A stretch of 26,643 nt of DNA from Macrostomum lignano (taxonomy: Eukaryota): contig NIVC01005088.1 in assembly GCA_002269645.1 (NCBI GenBank), forward strand, positions 1 to 26,643. The letters are read 5' to 3'. This document shows positions 20,166 through 26,643 of this stretch, piece after piece. The notes beneath the pieces are model-generated. The model searched no databases. It was not told where the DNA came from and saw only the letters and a list, made by a program, of their open reading frames with translations. Position numbers and translations under genes: made by a program. How positions within the stretch are numbered: the stretch's first letter is position 1; every line of letters starts with the position of its first letter.

Positions 20166-20268
20166 AGATGGTAGCCAGATGGTATATCAGATGGTAGCCA
20201 GATGGTATATCAGATGGTAGCCAGATGGTATATCAGATGGTAGCCAGATGGTATATCAGATGGTAGCT
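20166..20268. repeat. 23-bp tandem repeat (AGATGGTAGCC+AGATGGTATATC), about 4.5 copies, abutting a 3' splice site
   Basis: Alternating 11- and 12-bp subunits starting 5-6 nt from the AG at 20160-20161. Confidence 0.95.
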
Positions 20269-20455
20269 AGGTTGGAGAATTTTTCTATAGATTACCTCAG
20301 ACTCCAGGACTTCTATATTCTCTCAGATTTCAGGATCTCAATATTCTCCCAGATTTCAGATTGCCACTGCTTTCAGTATTTTCAGACTTCCTTGACAGAC
20401 AACAAACTATTCGCTAAAACTTTTAATAGACAAGCGGATAACCGCCCAGCCTCAC

Positions 20456-21015
20456 CATTAGCAGTAGTCTCATTAACCGTTCTAGGCGTAGCAGTTGCCG
20501 CTTTAGACCGCGCCGCCTCCGAAGCCTCGGTGTCAACTGCAGCGGTGGTGACGCTCTCTGACCGGGCGGATCGGCCGCTGCGGGCCGTGTCTACAGGGGC
20601 AGCCGAAGCGGAACCGGCCGAGCCTTCGAAGCTGTCCGCGTAACTACGCGTCGCTGTCGGCGGCTGCAGCTCAGTGGCGATGGACGACGAAGTTGTAGAA
20701 TTGGACGGCGATGACCGGCCAGGCGCAGCGGCCTGATGGCTGCGGCTGACTAAAGTTGACGCACTGCTGCCGCTGTCCGAGTCATCGACAGCCTCAGCCG
20801 TGACCGAGGCCGCTGCCGGCGCCGGGACTGCCGTCGCAACCGACGGCTTGCTGCGGCTAGTTGATCGATCGGCCGAAGCGGACGCCGTAGGCGAGGCAGC
20901 CGATCGCCAGCTGACTAATTCGCGAGACTCTTTGCGGCGCTGGTGAAGGCGCTGCTCTCTTGGCGTCAGACTGTCCGGGCGGAGCTTCCGCATTTGCCGG
21001 TCCAGCTGGCTGAGG
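20456..21015 (-). CDS. CEP350: CEP350-family protein, internal exon
   Basis: Acceptor AAACAG|C (phase 2) and donor AATG|GTGAGG (phase 1), matching the next exon. Contains LTPREQRLHQRRKESRELVSWR, like CEP350 EQKLM.RRQHAEELL.W. Confidence 0.85.
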
Positions 21016-22296
21016 CTGTTTCGGGGGGGGAATGAACAGCAAAATGCTGTAGATGTAGAAACCTTGGAGCCTACCAACTGAACAGGTGTAAAAATATTCG
21101 CAGGCGGGTTGCGGGCACCCTGGCGCAACGCCTTCGGCGACATCATTCCACAACCAGTGATAAGACAATTCTGCCCATTCTGCTGCCTCCTGAGCACATA
21201 CAAGTGCGCTAATACTGTACGAAGGCACGCACTCATACACACGCTTTTCGCTCACACAGGGTGTACAGCGGCCTTGACTCTGACAGACTTGTACACTCTC
21301 TGCGCCTTGGGAGTTAGCCCTCATGGCCTGATTTTTGTGAAAAAGCCCGAAATTAATGTGGATTCCGCACACAGAATCAAACCAGGAGGGTCCGGTGCGA
21401 GAGCAGCTGATCTACTCTGCCCCCAGAATTTTTACAGGTGCACTTACAGGTTGACTATGCCATACCATACACTTGACTTTGCTTTACCATACAGTTGACT
21501 ACGGTAAAGCAAGCAGCCGCGTACTAACGTATAACGATTATAACGATTAACGATTACTGGTTTGTAAATTCCAGCCACTTTTATACCATTCTCTAGATGT
21601 CTCACCAATCGTCGGGTTTGACAGACTTCGCTACGTATCTAAGGCCCTACCAGGCCTTAGATACGTATCTAAGGCCCTACCCTACTCAGGCTGCAGTCGC
21701 AGTAAACAGTAATCAGGATCACATGGGGATGGGTGGGGTGAAAATGCCACTGCCTACAGCCTATTGATCTGTAGACTCTTCAATAAGTGTTTATTGGTTA
21801 AACAATTTTGTGCATCAACCATTAGATTATTACAGCTGGGCATGATTACAAGTCAGACCCGCCTTGCTTGCACCTGCTCACTAACTGAAAGAAACTGACT
21901 GAAGAAAACTAGAAAGAAGCCTCATTTCTCTTCGCCAAATAAAATCACAGATCAAAGAAACTTAGAAACACAAAAGGAGCGAAGTTAGAAAAGAAATACA
22001 AAGTTAAGCATATAGTTGAGCGAGTAGGTGGGATAGCAGCTGCTGACAGGCGGATAAGTCCCGCCAAAATACGGAAAAATAAAATTAGAGCAGTGAAAAA
22101 CAAGAGGAAAACGAATCGGAAAGACAGTTATCAACAGCTGATAAAACTCTGGAAACAGCTTATAGCTGCGCTTCCTGCTAATAGCCAAGTGCGCGCACTA
22201 CTAGGAAGATTTGGCAGCTTATGACGGACGGGACTGGCAAAGAAACTTGTGATAGTTTCATTTAGATGTAGCTTTGTATTCTATTGATTTTACTGG

Positions 22297-23443
22297 CTCG
22301 GATTCCACTGACTGTGGTGTTCCACTGACTGGGATTCCACTGACTGTGGTGTTCCACTGACTGGGATTCCACTGACTGTGGTGTTCCACTGACTGTGGTG
22401 TTCCACTGACTGTGGTGTTTCACTGACTGTGGTGTTCCACTGACTGGGATTCCACTGACTGTGGTGTTCCACTGACTGTGGTGTTCCACTGACTGGGATT
22501 CCACTGACTGTGGTGTTCCACTGACTGTGGTGTTCCACTGACTGTGGTGTTCCACTGACTGTGGTGTTTCACTGACTGTGGTGTTCCACTGACTGGGATT
22601 CCACTGACTGTGGTGTTCCACTGACTGTGGTGTTCCACTGACTGGGATTCCACTGACTGTGGTGTTCCACTGACTGTGGTGTTCCACTGACTAGGATTCC
22701 ACTGACTGTGGTGTTCCACTGACTGTGGTGTTCCACTGACTGTGGTGTTCCACTGACTGTGGTGTTCCACTGACTGTGGTGTTCCACTGACTGGGATTCC
22801 ACTGACTGTGGTGTTCCACTGACTGTGGTGTTCCACTGACTGTGGTGTTCCACTGACTGGGATTCCACTGACTGTGGTGTTCCACTGACTGTGGTGTTCC
22901 ACTGACTGTGGTGTTCCACTGACTGTGGTGTTCCACTGACTGGGATTCCACTGACTGTGGTGTTCCACTGACTGTGGTGTTCCACTGACTAGGATTCCAC
23001 TGACTGTGGTGTTCCACTGACTGTGGTGTTCCACTGACTGTGGTGTTCCACCGACTGTGGTGTTCCACTGACTGGGATTCCACTGACTGTGGTGTTCCAC
23101 TGACTGTGGTGTTCCACTGACTGTGGTGTTCCACTGACTGTGGTGTTCCACTGACTGGGATTCCACTGACTGTTGTGTTCCACTGACTGTGGTGTTCCAC
23201 TGACTAGGATTCCACTGACTGTGGTGTTCCACTGACTGTGGTGTTCCACTGACTTTGGTGTTCCACTGACTGTGGTGTTCCACTGACTAGGATTCCACTG
23301 ACTGTGGTGTTCCACTGACTGTGGTGTTCCACTGACTTTGGTGTTCCACTGACTGTGGTGTTCCACTGACTGTGGTGTTCCACTGACTGGTGTTCCACTG
23401 ACTGGGATTCCACTGACTGGGATTCCACTGATTGGGATTCCAC
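22297..23443. repeat. Two-monomer minisatellite: 17-bp TTCCACTGACTGTGGTG interspersed with 15-bp TTCCACTGACTGGGA
   Basis: About 1.15 kb; it accounts for all the EHHSQWNTTVSG ORFs in the track. Confidence 0.98.
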
Positions 23444-23521
23444 AGCGTTGGCCTCATTCACGCCAAAGTGGTTTTAGCAAGTTATTAACCAATAACTGAT
23501 TCTAAACGACGCGTCACCAAC

Positions 23522-24216
23522 CTGGACGAGTCGGCCTCCTCGTCATCATCTTCGTCAGGCTTGCTGTGCAGTAGCTGCTGCTGTTGTTGTTGTTGCAATC
23601 CGTGGAGCCGTCGCAGCGCCCGAACCTGCTGCTTCTCCAGGCGGTACTGCTCCAGCACCAGCCTCTCGTTTGCCGCTATCCGTTCGCGCGGCCAAACTTC
23701 ATTCTGATCGACAGAGCTGCCTCCGCCTCCGCTGCCTCCGTTGGCCAGACTGCGCAGAAATCTCAGCGACTTTCTAGCCGTCTCCTTGGCGCTGCGCTGT
23801 CTCAGAGCCAACAGTTTAGCCTGATAGGCTCGCCTGCCGGTCTCGTCCTGCTGGTACATGCGGGCGATGTCCAGCGTCAGCTTCACGTAGGATGCGTCCG
23901 CGCGGGCCGGAGTGGCAGCCGGAGGGGCGGCGTTGTCAACCGTGTCGCCGCCGGCGGTACGGCGCTGCCGTTTCACAGTTTGCCGGCGTTGACTCTCCGA
24001 CGGCAGGACTTCGCGCAGCGATTTATCGTCTTCTAGATCCTCATCTTCGTCGACATCGGTGGCGTCGGCAGCCTGCAGTAGACTCTGGCTGACTGTCAGC
24101 TGAGTGGTGGACGCCGATGAAGTGTCCCGACCAGCAGTGTTAGTCAATGTCAGATCTTCGTCAAGCGCCGCCTGCAGCGATGACGGCTGCGGCTGTGCAG
24201 CTGCGGTGTCAGGCGC
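23522..24216 (-). CDS. CEP350: CEP350-family protein, internal exon
   Basis: Acceptor CACACAG|GCG (phase 0) and donor AG|GTTGGT (phase 2). Contains SYVKLTLDIARMYQQDETGRRAYQAKLLALRQRSAKE, like CEP350 F.KFT..MVRQYMKEEE.RA.HQ..LLRLREKA.KE. Confidence 0.85.
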
Positions 24217-24309
24217 CTGTGTGCGGTTTAAAAATAGCAAAGGTATAAATACTCGTATATTGCTTGTACAAACTAGAGATTTCTCTTCTATCCATCTATT
24301 CAATAGGAA

Positions 24310-24546
24310 ATCTTCCTACCTACCTACCTACTTATCTGTCTATCTGTATACGTAACTTCTATCTATCTATACCTGTCTACGTATCTATCTATCTATATCC
24401 GTCTACGCATCTATCTATCTATACCTGTCTACGTATCTATCTATCTATATCTGTCTACGTATCTATCTATCTATACCTGTCTACGTATCTATCTATCTAT
24501 ACCTGTCTACGTATCTATCAATCAATCTATATCTGTCTACGTATCT

Positions 24547-24589
<43 letters not shown>

Positions 24590-24600
24590 TGTCTACGTAA
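24310..24600. repeat. Compound microsatellite of (ATCT)n, CTGTCTACGT blocks and (TCAA)n
   Basis: Directly visible inside intron 24217-24720. Confidence 0.95.
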
Positions 24601-24720
24601 TCTATCTTCAAGAAGCCTTCAATAAGAAAGCCTATTGAGTCAATCCAGACACAGGTTACTTGGCGAATAGGTCAGCAATGGTGCAAAAATATCTAAACTG
24701 TAAAAAGCAAAATCGCTTGC

Positions 24721-24870
24721 CTTAGCATCATTTCGCTGCTGCTGTTGCAACTGCTCCGCGGCTCTGTCGGCAACTGGCGCAGGGACAGTTGAACTCGGCG
24801 CCGCGGTTGCCGCATTGGCGGACGTCCTAGACGGCTTTGGCGTCGATGTAGCAGCAGTCTGAGTGGCGTC
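24721..24870 (-). CDS. CEP350: CEP350-family protein, 150-nt exon followed by a GC-AG intron (absent from the ORF track)
   Basis: Acceptor CATTTGTAG|GAC and donor AAG|GCAAGC; phase 0-0, bridging the flanking exons. Encodes DATQTAATSTPKPSRTSANAATAAPSSTVPAPVADRAAEQLQQQQRNDAK. Confidence 0.75.
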
Positions 24871-25262
24871 CTACAAATGCAACATCGGATTGTGCTTGCT
24901 TAATATTGACCCAAGTATTCCCTATATTTTGTTTTATTTGCATCTCTGTTACTAATAGTAGCGTCACGCAGTGAGAATATGAAATAAAACACGTAGAAAC
25001 TCTTGTTTTCTATAATTCTTGTTACCTCGCGAAGTACAACCGCCGGTTTGGCTTGGAACTGGGCCAGAATGGCATTTAATCGCAGATTGTCGTCGCGAAT
25101 CTATATATTAGGTAGTTTAATAAAGTTCTAAGGTTAGATAGTGTTAGATTAAGATTTTGTTACGAACTGCAACTATATTTAATGTTAGAAACGGTGCTGA
25201 ATGGCATGCATTTCTGTGTGTGTAAACTCCTCAATGTCAATAAAGTTATTGGAGATTTTTAC

Positions 25263-25512
25263 AGATCTGTACTAGCCAAGAATCTGTCTGTACTAGCCAA
25301 GAATCTGTCTGTACTAGCCAAGAATCTGTCTGTACTAGCCAAGAATTTGTCTGTAATAGCCAAGAATCTGTCTGTACTAGCCAAGAATCTGTCTGTACTA
25401 GCCAAGAATCTGTCTGTAATAGCCAAGAATCTGTCTGTAATAGCCAAGAATCTGTCTGTACTAGCCAAGAATCTGTCTGTACTAGCCAAGAATCTGTCTA
25501 TACTAGTTAAGA
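25263..25512. repeat. 21-bp minisatellite (TCTGTCTGTACTAGCCAAGAA), about 12 copies
   Basis: Directly visible; accounts for the VLAKNLS and STDRFLA ORFs. Confidence 0.97.
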
Positions 25513-25702
25513 ATCAGTTTGCCTTAGGTTTATAATAGGGCACTGACAATGCGCTGACATTTTACTAGTGTTATATTGATATAAACCGTACTGTAGGTGC
25601 TCCAGGCAAAATATGTTAGAACGTACAGTAGCTGATGTTACAGAGTGCAGCAGTTATTCAATAGTGAACAGCAATATGCAAAAGCAAGCAGGAAACTAGA
25701 AC

Positions 25703-26062
25703 CTTTGCCAGCCGGCTTGCAGTTTCCTCTTCTAGATGGGCATTTCTAGCTTTGGCCTCGGCAACGAGTGCTCGCGCTTCTTCAACTTCTTTGTCGCGCG
25801 AGTCTTTCGCGGCGGCCGCCTCCTGAGATTGACTGAATCGATTGGCCTTAAGCACCTGGGCTAGCGCAACTGTCTCCTGATTGGACTGGGCCACCTGCCT
25901 GTGCCGGTCCAGCTCAGTCAGCTGACGATGCGACTCCTCTAGGGAGTCGTAGAACTGCAGTTCCACTTGGAACATGCGCTCCAGGCTGGCTGGCGACAGC
26001 GGCCATCGTGCGGCTGCGACTGGCGAGGCGGCGATGGGGTGGGTCATTGGCGATTTTGGGGG
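25703..26062 (-). CDS. CEP350: CEP350-family protein, most 5' exon visible (the gene continues beyond the window)
   Basis: Encodes LSPASLERMFQVELQFYDSLEESHRQLTELDRHRQVAQSNQETVALAQVLKA, like CEP350 FSP..L..RM.AEL.YL..IEES.RQL...ER.R....AQQE.VSLAQI.KA. Donor AAG|GTTCTA. The acceptor (TAAG|CCC at 26063) is uncertain. Confidence 0.85.
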
Positions 26063-26149
26063 CTTACGGGCGATTCTTATGTGGGTTTGGGGGCGATTCC
26101 TAATAGGGTTTGGGGGGCGGTTTTTAATGGGGCTGTGGGGTTTGGGTGA

Positions 26150-26420
26150 TTCTTGATGGGGTTCGGGCGATTCTTAAAGGGATTGGGGCGATTCTTAAAG
26201 GGATTAGGGCGATTCTTAAAGGGATTAGGGCGATTCTTAAAAGGATTGGGGCGATTCTTAAAGGGATTGGGGGCGATTCTTAAAGGGATTGGGGCGATTT
26301 TAAAGGGATTGGGGCGATTCTTAAAGGGATTGGGGGCGATTCTTAAAGGGATTGGGGACGATTCTTAAAGGGATTGGGGACGATTCTTAAGGGATTGAGA
26401 CGATTCTTAAAGGGGTTGGC
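26150..26420. repeat. 20-21 bp minisatellite (GGGGCGATTCTTAAAGGGATT), with degenerate copies from ~26048 to ~26620
   Basis: Core of about 12 copies; GGCGATT remnants on both sides. Confidence 0.93.
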
Positions 26421-26643
26421 GATTTCTAAGAGGGTTTAAGGCGGATTTTTTTATTTAAATTAAAGGGGTTGCGGCAGATCCTTTTTTTAGTTTGGAGGCG
26501 ACTCTTAATGGTTATTATCATGAGACGATTCCTTTGGCAAGTTTTGGGGCATTCTTAGGGGCTGAGAAGCGACTCTTATCGTAGAAAACGAGGTTTCTGG
26601 GCGATTTTCCATTTGAGAGACTATTTTTATGGGCAATAGATAA

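Noticed and set aside
17694-20643. Plus-strand and alternative-frame ORFs overlapping the CEP350-like exons
   Set aside because: These are shadow ORFs of GC-rich, low-complexity coding sequence.
21230-21345. Possible extra CEP350-like exon (AMRANSQGAESVQ...)
   Set aside because: The flanking exons already join in frame (phase 2), and this segment's phases do not fit.
22262-23461. Repetitive ORFs (EHHSQWNTTVSG) as a repeat protein
   Set aside because: They result from 15/17-bp units that shift frame; many overlapping ORFs lie inside an intron.

Overview
Eukaryotic (metazoan) genomic DNA with two spliced genes in tandem on the minus strand. GC-rich Ala/Ser-rich exons and minisatellite-filled introns resemble the flatworm Macrostomum lignano; this is an inference from style, not a database match. 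(1) 17086..~26062 holds the 3' part of a CEP350-family centriolar gene: six frame-consistent exons, one GC-AG intron, and no CAP-Gly domain where vertebrate CEP350 has one. (2) ~14185 down to ~2929 holds a muscleblind (mbl/MBNL) gene. Its three firm exons encode a protostome-type CCCH zinc-finger pair and a polyP/polyQ linker, followed by three weaker, frame-consistent candidate exons. Almost every intron carries its own unrelated tandem array. The most interesting signals suggest a multi-layer muscleblind autoregulatory circuit: GCUUGCUU just after the first two 5' splice sites, a candidate poison exon, a 20-nt frame-switch microexon, a (CUG)-rich site in the putative 3' UTR, and a possible in-frame circular exon. 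There is also a minisatellite made of consensus ETS sites upstream of mbl. All splice models were derived by eye and need RNA-seq confirmation. No CRISPR array, RNA gene or intact transposon was recognised.
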